Positions 19,137 through 34,880 of a stretch of 64,000 bases of DNA are shown one piece after another (the first letter of the stretch is position 1; every line of letters begins with the position of its first letter). The DNA comes from the human T2T-CHM13v2.0 reference genome, Homo sapiens. The notes beneath the pieces are model-generated. The model saw only the letters and a program-made list of their open reading frames with translations. It had not been told where the DNA came from and ran no database searches. The stretch is from the NCBI RefSeq assembly GCF_009914755.1, contig NC_060932.1; one strand, written 5' to 3'. The translations under genes and the position numbers were made by a program.

Positions 19137-19519
19137 ACAATGAGAGCACATTGACACAGGAAGGGGAACATCACACAGCTGGGCCTGTTGTGGGGTAGAG
19201 GGATGGGGGAGGGATAGCATGGGAGATATACCTAATGTTAAATGACAAGTTAATGGGTGCAGCATACCAACATGGCACATGTATATATATGTAACAAACC
19301 TGCACGTTGTGCACATGTACCCTAAAACTTAAAGTATTAAAAAAAAAAAACTTAAAAAAATTAGCAGTAATTACTAGGTGTGAGTGGCTATTAATCCCTT
19401 TCCCTTCCTCCAGTAGCATTTCAATTTCCTTCGTTATCCATAATAACAGTAAAACTATACAGCAAGTAAATAGCCAGATAATAATTTCTCAATCTGACAG
19501 AGAATGTAATAAACTTTTT

Positions 19520-19801
19520 TTTAAAGGCAGGTTCTCACAGTCACCCAGCCTGGAGTGCAGTGACAATATCAGCTCACTATAGCCTCCACTTCCCAGGCTC
19601 AAGTGATTCTCCTGCCTCAGCCTTCCGAGTAACTGAGATTACAGGTGTGTGCCACCACACCCAACTAATTTTTGTATTTTTAGTATAGAAAGGGTTTCAC
19701 CATGTTATCCAGACTGGTTTTGAACTGCTGACCCCAAGTGATCTGCCCACCTCAGCCTCCCAAAGTGCAGGGATTACAGGCATGAGCCACTGTGCTTAGC
19801 C
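19520..19801 (-). mobile_element. Alu (AluJb/old AluS-like)
   Basis: Antisense dimeric Alu; TSD tgtaa(t/c)aaacttttt at 19505-19519 and 19802-19816. Confidence 0.93.
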
Positions 19802-20299
19802 TGTAACAAACTTTTTAATAGTATTTTGTGAAAAATGACATTACAATAGTGAGGCTAAAACTTCACTGCCTCTTTATTTTCATGAATATTTTCAGGTTGA
19901 AAACAAACACAATTCAAGATATTAATACTGAATTCTTCCAGATTCCCTATCTCTGCAGCCCTTACTCTAGAGTAGAAATTATTTAATCCCATCCTCTGGC
20001 TTATTTTGTTTTCTGGCCTGCAAACCAATATTAACCTGAGACAGTAAATACTGGACATAATTACAACTTCAGATAAGTGGGCTCAACTTCCATTCCTGGC
20101 TCAATCAGAATCTGTTCTCCTTATATGGTTATAGTTGGGCCAGTATCTCACCTCAAACCCCAGCTCTAATATCTGATTTTCACCTGCTTTTCCCACTGCC
20201 AGTCCTAAAGATAGACTTTATCAGACTTGTTCCGATCCTAAAGGGAAATCCTGCATTGGTTGATAATGAATATCTCCTTTGCATCAACTATTTTGTATA

Positions 20300-20482
20300 A
20301 AAATCTCACATGGTCTTTGGAACAGTCTGTTACATTTGTTTATTTATATAGACCAATTCTCCCTCTACACTATAAGCCTTTCTAGCAGAGAAATTCTATT
20401 TTATCCATTTCTCTATCCCATTTACCTAGGAGAGCTTGACCCATAGTAGGTTCTCCAATAACAATTGTTGAATGAAAGAAAG
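20300..20482 (+). mobile_element. L2 3' end
   Basis: ctacactataagcct..cccatagtaggttctccaataacaattgttgaatgaa. Confidence 0.65.
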
Positions 20483-20569
20483 CATGTATACTAAACTTCT
20501 ACAGTATGAAAAATAAGTAAGTAGTAATTTCAGACTACTTTGAGTCAAAGTGATTGCTGTTTGACTTAC

Positions 20570-20711
20570 CCTGCCTTCTTACATTTTGACTTTCAGATAC
20601 TGAGTATTGAATTCAGTTCTACCATGGTGTTACTTCATTGGGCCTCTTCGTTAACTGATATCTAAGGAGGCCACCTACTCTTAATGCACCCCAGGATACT
20701 ATTTAGTACAG
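20570..20711 (-). other. Candidate non-coding exon
   Basis: Minus strand: gatattttcag|CTGTAC...GGCAGG|gtaagt; stops in all three frames; splice motifs are the only evidence. Confidence 0.25.
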
Positions 20712-21029
20712 CTGAAAATATCACTTTTCAAGAGGAGCTAGTTCATGATATTCAAACACACCTGAGAAAGTGTTCAGGAAAGAACTAGAGAAGGGCTTAT
20801 TTCATAATAAGGAATAAGGAATTTGACTTATTAAGTCAAATTATGCCCCTGGCTGAGGAAAACAGACATTTGGAATAATGGGTAATTAATAGGGACCAAT
20901 TAGACAGAGGAAGGTTTTATACATCGGTTTTATATATCTTTGTAAGAGAAATGTTCAATTTCTAGTTATAAAGATAAAATAAGCATTATTAAGCTTTTGA
21001 AAATGAAAGAATAGTATTGATTGTATTAA

Positions 21030-21175
21030 TTAGCATTTATTAAGCACTTAACTGGCACAATGCACAACTCCAAATACTTTATGTGGGTTAACTCAAACAT
21101 CACAGAAAACCTAAACAGGTAGGTCCTTTACTCACTTAGCAAGTAGGGGAAACGAATTTTCAAATCAGTTAGTGG
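21030..21175 (-). mobile_element. MIR fragment
   Basis: tagcatttattaagcactta..aaatactttatgtgggttaactca. Confidence 0.5.
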
Positions 21176-24100
21176 TTAAATTGTGAATAATTAAGAGTGT
21201 CCACCAAATGAGAGTTGAACAACTGACCTATACATAGAATGACTCTTTGAGGGACGACTGCTGCATTGTTAATAATTTGAATATTTAACTCATGAGCTCA
21301 TCTAAAACATAGCTCTGAGAGGTAAGGACTGAAACCCCGAACAGCTAGCTCATCATTGCATCGCGTGAGGTCCAGTAGGGTACCTGGGGTGACGTGCTTG
21401 CTGCTCAGCTAATCTCTATTTGTGAGTGAATGAACAAGTGTATACCTGATATTGGTGCTTTTGTTGCTGGGATATCAGAGGTTAGATATATAGTAATTAC
21501 AGAAAATCGGAATTGAAGAATCACAGCAATTAATTAGAAAGCTTTCTCATTGATTCAAATCCAAAACATAGCAAAGGATAGTGCATTTAAGGAATGGCCT
21601 TTAGTGAAATGTCAGGTGCTAATATGACTTCCTAAGGATAATCATAAAGCATGAACTAAATAATTTTGGAAATGATTCTTCTTTTAATATTCAAAGTTTC
21701 AAAGAATCTTTACATACATAGATGTGTAAGTGCCATTTCTACTTGAAATATATCAGCTAACAAAAGGCTGGAGTTGGTTAATATATCTCATATCTGGTTA
21801 CATCCTTGGAAAGCTGTTTTGGCTAAAATTCAGAATCATAATTTTCTTGTTTACATTGATTAGATTTCTAAATTTACTTAAGTTTACCACTTCTGCTGTT
21901 ATTATTTTTAAATTTAAATTGGTTATTTATTTAATGATAGCATTTACCATTCTCTCCAAATGTACTTTCTGAGAATATGTATGAACTAAAGCTCAGGATT
22001 ACTATTGGTTTCATTCAAGGTACTCAGTTTCTCTAATCTTGCTCTGTGTGTGCTCTAAATACTCAGCCCAGGCCTTGTAGCACTAATATTCAAAACCTGA
22101 CATATCAGAGTGAAGGCCTAACTTGAAACAGAATCTCTAATCATGCTCAAGCTGCCACAGATTAAAACAAACAAATTTCAACATTTGTCAGACTTTGGCT
22201 TAGAAATACAAGTAGTTAATAAAAGACCATTATCTGATAAAGAAATTTGACATAAGCAACAGAGAAAGCAGTATTAACACAGAAAACTTAAAACTACTAA
22301 GCTCTTTGTTAACAGTTATTAGTACAGTGTGAAGTAGTCTGTCAAAAATAAGGTTTTGTTATCACTAAACCTTTCTGAACAGAATTTAAAGAATAGATAT
22401 ATTTTGAAATTGAAAGAAGTTGCAAATACAATTCAGAAATAGGTAAGAATTTTTACAGATAATATTTCATAAAACAACTGTTTGGGTGAATTAAATTAAA
22501 TAAACTTTTTTTTTACTAGTAAACCTATTGTAGAATGCTAGCTTATATAACTAAAGGGTAAGTCTATTCAGTTCTTTTTGTCACTACATTACAAGTTACT
22601 ATTGCATCAACAAAATATGACTGGTTTCATATTAATGTAATTATATTATTGGACAATTTCTTAGCCATAAATAAAATTTAGTTTTTTTCTTTATCTTCTA
22701 CCTAATCATATCAGTCTCTTTCTAATGTCCCTCCAAACCCCATTCATGTGACATGAATATGAAGGTAAAATAAATACAGAAAGAAAAGGAAGCCTGAGAA
22801 AACCAAGCCAGAAACTTTGGAATAAAAATATCAATAAATAATCTAAAGCTGAGGCATAAGAAGAATAATCTCTCCAAAGAAATCTGTCTGATCAACAAGT
22901 TTCACCTCTTGAAGACAGGAATGAAAATAGCAAATGAGTGAGGATATATCAGAATTCAAGCTGAAGAAGAGAAAATGACATCATTAATCAAAGTACAAAT
23001 AATCATGGTAAAAATGCAAATGCAAATATAGTTACTTACATGCTTGATATAATAGAAAAGAAAGAACAAATCTGATTCTTATATTCCAGAGTGAATTAAT
23101 TGGCACAGAACAACAATTCATTATCCTCAGCTTTATACTAAAATTATACCTTTTAGCAAATTCTAAGATTAGGACATCAAAGACAAAACACAAAACAATA
23201 CCAACACTCTGAGTTAAAATCTATGATTGAAAGAATATCTATTTATTGAGTCTCTACTGTGGGTCAAACATAGGGTTTTATAAACTCAATATTATGTAAT
23301 CTTTTCAAAAACCTTATGAAGTCGAAATTGTTTTTCAGTTTACAAATAGAGGATATTGGAACTCATGCTATTTAATATTAGTAAGGACATGCCAGGAAAA
23401 CTGATAAAATATGATGGATGGTGTTGCTAGTCAATAAGATAGAGATCACTGAAAGAGACTAATTTTGTGCGGCAAGATCATCCAAAGTGAGTGAACTTAA
23501 TTTAGACCAACCTAATCATTGATCTAAATGAAAAGTTATGCTTCACACAATGATATGTAAATGAACCTTCAGCAGTTCAATGTATTCATCATCTTTAGGC
23601 ACAGTCTTGTTAAATTAGGTAACAACTTTTGACATAGATATTGATGATTCATCAGCAGATTTGTATCTCTCATTTTTATGCGGTCTTCAATGCTTCTCTG
23701 ATGATGCAGATGGTAAATGTCAAAGATTACGTGCAAGTGGCACATTCAACAGGAAATCTCTTGAGAAAGCAAAATTCAGTAGTTATTTTTCATTTAACAT
23801 GCACTTTATTTTTGAACTGATTAGTGTCAAAAACTTTATGGCAAAATGAAACAAAATAGCTATTAAAAGCAAAATAGTTATGAATTTATACCATGCAGTA
23901 AGTAAATAGTAAGGGCACAAACACTATCTTCGATAAATCTGCAGTGAAATATTTCCTGCACAAATTTCACATATGCCTAACCTATAATGTCCTGTTTCCA
24001 ATGGACCTCATTGACTTGTGTGCCATTTTTCTTTTTGCAACTCAAGCTATGAATCATGACCCAACTAACTGGTCCATCAAGTGGCCTTTCTGGAAAATGT

Positions 24101-24628
24101 CTTTGACTCTACTTACTCAGCTTTTATTGCCCTTTGTTTTCATTAGAGACAGGTTGTATGCTCTTATTGAAAAATAGGGTTAAACTCTTATGCTTGGAAC
24201 CAGCTGGGGAAAAGAGAGACAGATGTTGTTGGTCATTATTCAAATATAAACACATATCAATGTGAAAATAGTTTACTCTACGTGTCCCTACACTATTAGG
24301 GGAGACTGTGCCAGAATCTAGAAGGACAAAGTGTAGGTGTACCAACCCAACCTGGCATATTTTATTGCAACTATTAACAACAATACTATTTTATTTTATT
24401 TAACTATTGGTAAAATTATCATTGCAACTATTAATAATAGTTTTATTTTTAAGAAAGAAAATATTTGGAATAAATGCTAATCAGATAAATGACAAGGATA
24501 CTTGGGAATCAACTATGTATACTACACACAGATACACATACAAGTATGTGTACCCACGTGGGCATGCACACTAGACGCACACACATATACTGACATCCTA
24601 ATATAAACATGAAAAAGTACTTTTAAGA

Positions 24629-24823
24629 GAGTGGTTCTTAACATGTGACCTGCGGAAGCCCGAGTCACTATAGCTAGGTTTCCATGAATATCCTAAAATT
24701 GTATGCAAAACTAGATGTGTTGAAAATGTGTATGCACATAGACATTTTTTCTGAGGAAAAGTGTAAAAGTGTGCATCAGATTTTCAAAGAGGTGTAAGAC
24801 TTCAAAAACATTAATAACCACTA
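24629..24823. mobile_element. hAT-Charlie-type MITE (~195 bp)
   Basis: Terminal inverted repeats agtggttcttaa / ttaataaccact; 8-bp TSD ttttaaga (24621-24628) / ttctaaga (24824-24831). Confidence 0.75.
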
Positions 24824-26219
24824 TTCTAAGAGGTCATAAAAAGTTAAAGACTTATTTTTGTCAGTAGTGAAAACAAACAAAAAAAAGTATCAGAAAAGGA
24901 AAAAAATTAAACAGAAACCATTGCCCAAGAAATGAAATTTAATTGCCTTAGCCATGATATAAATAAGTTTACTTTTCAAACACTGAGCCAATGTCTACTG
25001 AATGCGCCATTCTATCTTGTTTATATTAATCTTGAAAGAAGGAACACCTGACCTCAAAACTGGAGATTCCTTACAAAAGCTAGTATTGAGCCATCATTGC
25101 TACACATTTTGTTATATATGTTTGTTATTTAAACATTGTCTCACATATTTCTTGCTAGCCTGACTATAAGCTCCCTTGAATAAGATCCATGCCTTTTGGA
25201 TCTCCTGTACCAGTTATGATAGATTTGTCTTCGATAAATACCAGTCAGTGTGAAATAACATTTTTATTTGATGGAGAGATTAAAATGGTATCTATTTAAT
25301 AGGCTTGCATTAAGACAGTCTAATCCTAACAGAGTCGCTACATCATATGCAATTAAAATAGAGCTTCAAATATGTGAATAAGTGTATATTACAATAAGTA
25401 ATAAGTAAGATTATTTAAAAACAAGAAAGCTCAAATTACACAAAGTCCTTTTTGTGAAGGGCGAGTCCTTGACTTATCAAGATTCCTGATGACAGTAACA
25501 AAGTATGACACTGTTTCAACAACAAAGAGTAATGTTTGGAGGAAAAAACTTTTCTTGCAGTTCAATGAACTGAAAATCAGAATAAAATCATCCCAGGCAA
25601 TAGAAAGTTTCTGCAGAATTTTACTTTTTCTAACTTCAACTATCTTAAAGATTTATTTATGGTTATTATTTTAATCTACATGCTGTTACAAGTATCTTCT
25701 TTACTGGCAACTTATGTTTTTCTATTTAACCTAGTTTCTGGTTTAGTTAGCACTTTGAATGATGCAGAGATTAAGTACCTGGCAATATTAGCTTGAGGAA
25801 CAAAAATTATGAATGCAAAGGCAGCAAATAAAGAAAGCAAATTTAATTAAATTAAGAGAAATTCAACTGAAAAATTTATCTTCCAAACTCTTCAGAAAAA
25901 AATGATAAAAAAGTAAACAATAAAATAGAAGTAAAAATCATAAAATCATCAGCGGTGAAACTGAGTTAAGCTACATAATATAACCACAAATTTCAAATAA
26001 TGCAAATAACTTAAGATCAAAGGAAGATATCATTAAAAACAAATAACAACACCACCTTTCTTTTCTGAAGAAAGCAGTGTAAGACAAGTGGAGCAAATAA
26101 AGGACATTCTAGCAAAGCACCACAAAAATCTCAACTGCAGGAATGAGAAAGGAGGCAACCATAAACCAGGAGGGGTTTATTAATAGAGGTAGAAGAACAA
26201 GCATAGGTAACAATAAACC

Positions 26220-26381
26220 GAAATTCTAAGGTAATGATTCCTTTTTATTCTAATCAAGCATTTCAAAAGCAATGTGGCTTATTCCAGCATAAAGAAACAG
26301 TTTCTAAACCACAGCAAAACTCTATTGATTGAATAGGAAAAGGCTTTCAGGTAAAGTACACAATCATCTTCATTGCAGTGG
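26220..26381 (-). other. Candidate terminal exon
   Basis: Minus-strand acceptor ctttgtctttctaccccag|CCACTG; AATAAA at 26244-26249 and a second at 26176-26181. Confidence 0.3.
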
Positions 26382-26719
26382 CTGGGGTAGAAAGACAAAG
26401 TGGAAGCCTCCTTCTTAACATTTTCTGAAAGGCTACAAGTGATGACATATGTCCCTGAAATATGAGAAAAGAGAAATCCTGCCCTTTCTCTCCACATCAT
26501 AGAATATGAAGATTCTACAACATAAATGGGAGAGAAAAATGACATGCAAAAAGATAGTTGAAGAATGCTTATTTTTGATAAAGCGCTAAAATTCCTGCCA
26601 CAAAAACTGAACACTACATATGAAATAAACTATGTACTACTCTCTCTTATGAACATATGTTTTACTATATAAATTTGGAAGCTTCTGTGAAATGGAAGTT
26701 ACCATAAACATAGGCATAA

Positions 26720-28580
<1,861 letters not shown>

Positions 28581-29351
28581 CAAATGGTCTTTTACTTTCA
28601 GATGAGTGGCTAAAAATCCTGAGGAGGCCTCTCACTTGCCAACTGCTACACCCAGGTTATGCCTTACACTTTGAGGCATCACTTGTCTCACCAAAAGGAG
28701 AAGTCTCTGGGGGAGCCTCTAACATAATAACAAACAACTAAATTAAGCCAAAAGCAATGTGAGGCCTGGGCTTCTTTTAGATGGAGGCAGAGCAGCCATG
28801 CCCAAGAGTAAGTGCTAGAGATGAAAAAAGGTGAGCCTCAGGGGAGGGAAATGAAAAAATGGGAATCGTGGAAAGAGCAGTGTTGCTTCAAGTCTTCCAG
28901 AAGAGCACCAGACACTGGAGCACAGAATTTTAAAACATGGAAAACAAAATACAGCTGAAGATATTTTTATCTGAGAGTAGAAAAGGATTTCTTCAATAAG
29001 ACACAAATGTGTCAACCATAACCAAAAGATTAATACCTTCAACTATTTTTAATTAAGAACTTATCTTCATCTTTACCTTTAAAGAAAGTGAAGCCCAGAA
29101 ATAAATTCACACACTTACAGTCACTTGATTGTCAGTAAATATGCCAAGAACACACAATGAGCAAAATATAATCTCTTCAATAAATGGTGTTAGGGAAACC
29201 AGATATCTATATGCAGAAACATAAAATTGGAGCCTTATCTCACAATATACACAAAAACGAACTCAAAATAGATAAAAGACTTAAATGTAAAAACAAACTG
29301 TAAAACTAATAGAAGAAAACATACAGAAAAAGTTTTTTGACATTGAGCAAT

Positions 29352-30373
29352 TGTAGGGGATCCGTCAGGGTGGTGGGAGAAATTATAAAGATAAAGTTAT
29401 AGGAAATAGACACAAACCTTGGAAGGCTGGGAGGTTTGCATAGCTTCAGTAAAAGACTTGACTGAAGGCAGCTGAATTCTCTTAAAAGCTTAGTACGTAG
29501 ATGCATAGGAATGTAGAGGAGTTTATCTAAATAGCTTGTTGACTCATGTGGTCCTAAGACCGAGCTTTGATCATCTTTGGGCGTGCAACTGCTCTCTAAT
29601 CAGAAGTTTGGCAATGTTAATTACCCTCTAGTGGTGTTTACTTGAGACCTTTGTCATTTAATCTGTACTAAATAAATGTGAACTTCGCCGGCTTATTGAG
29701 GCCGATGCTGCAGATGTTGTAACCAAGAGAGTTATAGAGAAATGCCACACTCTGAGACTAATTCAGGAGTCCTTTATTGCCAGTTACCAAAACCAGCTAG
29801 AGCTCAAAAATTCTCTTGGCCCCAAAGAAGGGGCTAGATTTTCTTTTATACTTTGGTTTAGGAAGGGGAGGGGGAGCCTAGCGGAAGCAATCTTACAGAA
29901 GCAAAACAGGCCAAAAAGTTAAAAAGATAAATGGTTACAGGAAAACAAATAGTTCCAGGTGCAGGGGCTTTAAGTCTATCACAAGGTGATAGATGCAGGG
30001 GCATTGGGTGCTATCAACCAGACACAAACGCGGGGGCTTTGGGTGCTATCAACAGGGTGAATTCCTGGGAACTGAGGATATAGCTTGCCACAGTATCTTA
30101 TCAGTAATTGCATTCTTGGATGTGCCGGGAATCAGCTTGCACAAGTTAAGTCCTTGAGGAAGGGGGGTGGGTAAGGGGCTGCAAGTGAAGGACCCAAAAT
30201 GGAGTCTGTCTGGCTCTCTCAGCTAAGGGATAGTCAATTCAGGTTAAAACAAGGTAGGATATCACACAGACTCAGGCAGCAGAGCCCCTTAGCCATGCTG
30301 ACAGGCAAAATATCTGTGTAAGTGTACGTCTTTCATCAGTCGCTGGATCAGGGTCTGCAGATTGGACCTAGCA
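29352..30373 (+). mobile_element. LTR22-family solo LTR (HERV-K22/HML-5), split by LTR6
   Basis: TG...CA termini (tgtaggggatccgtcagggtggtgggag...ggacctagca); 6-bp TSD agcaat (29346-29351) / aacaat (30374-30379). Confidence 0.85.
29715..30266 (-). mobile_element. LTR6A-like solo LTR (HERV-S71, ERV1)
   Basis: Reverse complement begins tgtgatatcctaccttgttttaacctgaattgac and ends ggttacaaca; contains TATAAAA and AATAAA; 4-bp TSD CAGA at 29711-29714 and 30267-30270. Confidence 0.85.
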
Positions 30374-31050
30374 AACAATGATTTGGGAGCTATGACCCCA
30401 AAAATACAGGCAACAAAAGTAAAGACAGACAAGTGGGATTGCATCAAACTAAAAAGCTTCTGCACAGGCAAAGGAAACAGCCAGCCAGCAGGGTAAACAG
30501 ACAATTTACAGAATGGGAGAAAATTTTTCTAATTATATATTTGATAAGGTGTTAATATCCAAAATAGATAAGGGACTCAAATAATTCGATATTTTAAAAA
30601 ATCAAATTTTTAAAAAAGCAAAGAACTGGAACGGATATTTTTCAAAAGGAGATATGCAAATGGCTACCAGGTGTATAAAAAGTGTTCAACATCACTAATT
30701 ATCATGGAAAAGCAAACCAAAAGTATGACGTATCACCTCACAAGTCTTAGAATGATTAGTATCCAAAAGACTAAAGATAAGTGTTAGCAAGGATGTGAAG
30801 AAAGAGAATCCTTATGTATTGTTGGTGGGAATGAGAACTGGTACCGATATTATGAAAAACAGTATGAAGTTTCCTCAAAACATTAGTAATAGAACTATCA
30901 TATACTACAGCAATTCTAATACTGGGTATAAATCTAAGGAAATCAGTATGTCATAGAGATATCTGTATTACTACAGCATTATTCACTATACCTAAGCTAT
31001 GGAATCAACTTAAGCGTCCATTAATGAATAAGTGAATGAAGAAAATATTT

Positions 31051-31052
31051 TA

Positions 31053-31099
<47 letters not shown>
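31051..31099. repeat. (TA)n microsatellite
   Basis: About 24 ta units with one interruption. Confidence 0.95.
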
Positions 31100-31102
<3 letters not shown>

Positions 31103-32356
31103 AACACACAATGGAATGCTATTCAGCTGTAAAAAAGAAGGAAATTCTGTCATTTGAAAATGGATCAAGCTAGAAGACATCATTATGCAAAGTAAAATAA
31201 AACTGGCACAGAAAGACAAATACTGCATGATCTGACTTATATGTGGAATCTAAAAAATTCAGACTCACAGAAGCAGGGTGTAGAGTAGTGGTTACCATGG
31301 TCCAGGAGTGGGGATCAGGGAAGTGTTGGACAAAGGATACAAAATTTCAGGCAGAATAAGTTCAAGAGATCTTTGTACAAGATGATGATGATAGTTAATA
31401 GGAAGGTATTGTATAATTGAAAATTGCTAGGAGAGTAGATTTTAAGTGTTCCCACCACAAAAATAATAAGTATATGGAGTATTGGATATGTTAATTAACT
31501 TGAGTTAGCCAATCCAAAATATATACATATATCAAGGCATTATGTTATACATCATAAGTATATGCCACTTTTGTCAATTAAAAATAGATATTTTTTTAAA
31601 TTGAAAAGAGAATCCCTAAAATGGGAGAAAATAGTTGCTATACCTGTAAACCACAAATGTGGAATTATTTTTATATTGTCAAGGATAAGATAAACAACTC
31701 AAAGGAAACTGGTTAAAAGATATGAACAGGCATTTCATAGAAAAGAAAATATATATGGCCAATAACACAAATAAAAAGCAAATGAAGACCTCAATAGATA
31801 CTTTTCTACAGCCATTTGATTGGCAAATAACAAAGAATGTGGCAATATGAAATTGGAGATGTGAACCTTTTATACAGCTAGCAGTGGAAATTGCTATACC
31901 ACTTTTAGAAAACAATTTAGCATTTTCTTAGAGAGTTGGACAGATATATTACTCTTAGATATATACTCCAGAATATCTCTGCACAATTACATACATAAAA
32001 ATATTCATATAAGAATTCATTATAATAGCCCCAAACTGGAAATCACCTAAATGTGCATAGACAAGAGACATAATAATAGTGTGATATATTTACACAATAA
32101 AATGTTATGCAGTATTGAACATTGATTATCTACTATGTTGTTTGAAAAAAAGGAATTCTTGGAAGACCATATGGGGTGATATTCTTTTTCTAAATTCTAA
32201 TAACAAGTACAAGTCAACACTATGTTGTTTAGGCATATATTTATATGCAATACAAATCTACATCTATTTTTTAAATGGCAATAGGATTATAAATGTAAAA
32301 TGAAGATAGTGTTTAACTCTTAGGATGGATGAAATATGTATAACAAAATGGAATGG

Positions 32357-32657
<301 letters not shown>

Positions 32658-33828
32658 AGTTCTGGATTCACTACAGTTATTGAGTTGTGTGGTGCGCACC
32701 TGGGGGTTGATTATATTATTAAAAATATTACACACATGCATACATACATAAAATAACAGAAACACAAATGAACCAATGAACCAATGATGACAGCATGCAT
32801 TGTAATTAATGAACTTGATTAATCAAGTTATTTGTTACTAAGAACAATAAATAAGAAGAGAGAAGGATAAACGCTATGAGCAAATAATTTATAAAATTAT
32901 AAAATACAAACATAAAACATTTTTAAAGATTAATTTTACTATTTATCAAAAGACTGGAAATTAAAACAAAAGTATCATTTGTCTTTGGATAAAAAATTAA
33001 ATGTTGATTAAGATGCAGAGTTGGTAGGAATGCAAATTGTAGAGATTCTGGAAAGTAATTTGGCAAATAACCTTTGATTTAGCAATTACATTTCTAAGAA
33101 CTTACTAGAAGAAAATATTTAAGAAATTTATAAGACATATTTATATTCTAGAATATTTATTTCTACTTTTAGAAGTGAACATATTTTTATGTCTAATATG
33201 TCTAAATTTCGAACAATTTGGGATTTGTTCATTGAATTTTGGAGTATCTATAAAATAAGTAATATGAAGACTTTATTGAATATAATTTTGGAGCTTTTTA
33301 TCCACATAAATGAGTACACTCAAAAGTTTTAAATCAGTTTTCTATAGTTATCTCCACAGTAGACTTAGAGTATCACCTATTTTAAAATTTTTATTAACCT
33401 ATATAAGCTTTAAATTTTTATCTAATAATTTTGTATTACTTGTTCAATTACAAATACCTGAATTTGTTTTTAACATTATTTCTGCTTTTAAAAATGGAAT
33501 CTTGGACCAAAAACCAATTAGCAAAAAACTGACAATATCACTGCTCTCTTCAGTGATTAAGAAAGCTTTATATGATAAATTTAAGAAAGAAAAATCGAGA
33601 CATGACTGAGAGTCATCAATTTATCTAAGGGAACTCCTTTCTTGTCAACAAGAAAACATAGAGCAAATTGTGTTCCCCAAGTGTTATTAGAGTGTGAAAA
33701 ATAAAACAAATGCCCAGGAGCCTCAACTGTTTTTCAGTGACTATGGAAGTATGTGATGGCATATTAGTGGCCTGGCAGCATGGAAAGTCGAAGTTTTTAT
33801 TGATTATTATATATTAGTAAGGTCTCAC

Positions 33829-33905
33829 CAGGATCTGAAAGAATTTTTAGTTTCTTTGTGATGTTGGGATAGAGACCCATGTTTCTTTTGCTGCACTTTC
33901 CCCTT
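33829..33905 (-). other. Candidate 77-nt internal exon
   Basis: Minus strand: gctattatacag|AAGGGG...ATCCTG|gtgaga. Confidence 0.35.
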
Positions 33906-34191
33906 CTGTATAATAGCACTGGTGGAATCTTTCTTTCCTGTCTTTCACAGTACACTGCACACAGTATCTGCAGTATCACTAAACTACTCAATGTATGATC
34001 ATAAATGAATCTTTCAAAAGAAGCAAATGCTAAAAACTACAGTCTGAGATCAGACTCAAAATGGTAGAATCACCACATCAGCCCCTAAAACATCATTTAA
34101 AAGAATAAATATTTCTTAAAGGTTAACTTGCACACCAAATATGATTAAAGTTGATTTTAATGTTATTTTATGGTATCGAATTTTCCCAAAT

Positions 34192-34710
34192 TAGAACTAC
34201 CAGCTTCCAAGATGGCCTCCAATGATCCCAATCTTCTAATATTTTTACCCTCATGAAGCCTCTCCCACATTATATCAAGACTGGTCTTAGTGACCAATAG
34301 AATATGGTACAAGTGATTTTATGTCACTTCTAAGATTATGTCATCAAAGACACTGTACTTTGCCTTTTTTTTTTTTTTTCCTCTCACTCACTGTCTTTCT
34401 TGGATCACTCTGGCAGAATATAATCACCAGGTCATGAACAACTCTATGGAAAGAACAAAGTGAAAATGAACAAAGCCTTCAGCCAACAGTCATGTGAGTG
34501 GGTTTTCTTGGAAATGCACTCTGTAGCCCATGATGAGTCATTAGGTGACTACAGCCTTGCCCAATAGCTTGACTGCAATCTCATAAGAGATGAACCAGAA
34601 CCACCCAGCAAATCACCGATTTTCAGAAACCATGTGAAATAAAAGATTTTTTTATCCTTTGTTGTTAAGTTTTGGTATAATTTGTTATGAAACAGCAGAT
34701 AAATAACACA
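34192..34710 (+). mobile_element. MLT1F-like MaLR LTR
   Basis: caagatggcctccaatgatccc start; end aagttttggtataatttgttatg..agataaataacaca. Confidence 0.8.
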
Positions 34711-34854
34711 CTTTTCCATTTCGGTTTGAAATTGTTTTGAACTAATTACACAACAAAAATTTTCCCATATTTTGGCATTAGTTTTTAGAAAATAGTTGAA
34801 TAGAAAAGAGTAGTAGACTATATAAAAGTTATCTGTTTTATAAAGATGACTTAC

Positions 34855-34880
34855 CTCTCTGTAGATTTTCTTTTGGTTTA
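34855..34880 (-). other. Candidate 26-nt micro-exon
   Basis: Minus strand: atttatattttctatccctag|TAAACCAAAAGAAAATCTACAGAGAG|gtaagt; both splice sites near consensus. Confidence 0.4.

Larger units (their letters stand above)
29100..31590 (+). mobile_element. 5'-truncated L1MA7/8-like element, interrupted by LTR22
   Basis: ctcttcaataaatggtg..., aaactaaaaagcttctgcacag; 3' end aataagttcaagagatct..tgtcaattaaaaat. Confidence 0.85.
28940..32330 (+). mobile_element. Ancient L1 (outer layer of nest; pieces ~28940-29092 and ~31600-32330)
   Basis: aaagaaagtgaa (29081-29092) resumes as aaagagaatccctaaaatgggagaaaata (~31604), colinear with L1 ORF2. Confidence 0.6.

Noticed and set aside
23570-23760. Possible minus-strand exon or 58-aa ORF after acceptor ttttgctttctcaag
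   Set aside because: Weak AAG acceptor, early stops in all frames from the acceptor, and no clear donor or recognisable peptide.
24364-24434. 14-bp direct repeat attgcaactattaa
   Set aside because: Short, AT-rich and only two copies; no array or element structure.
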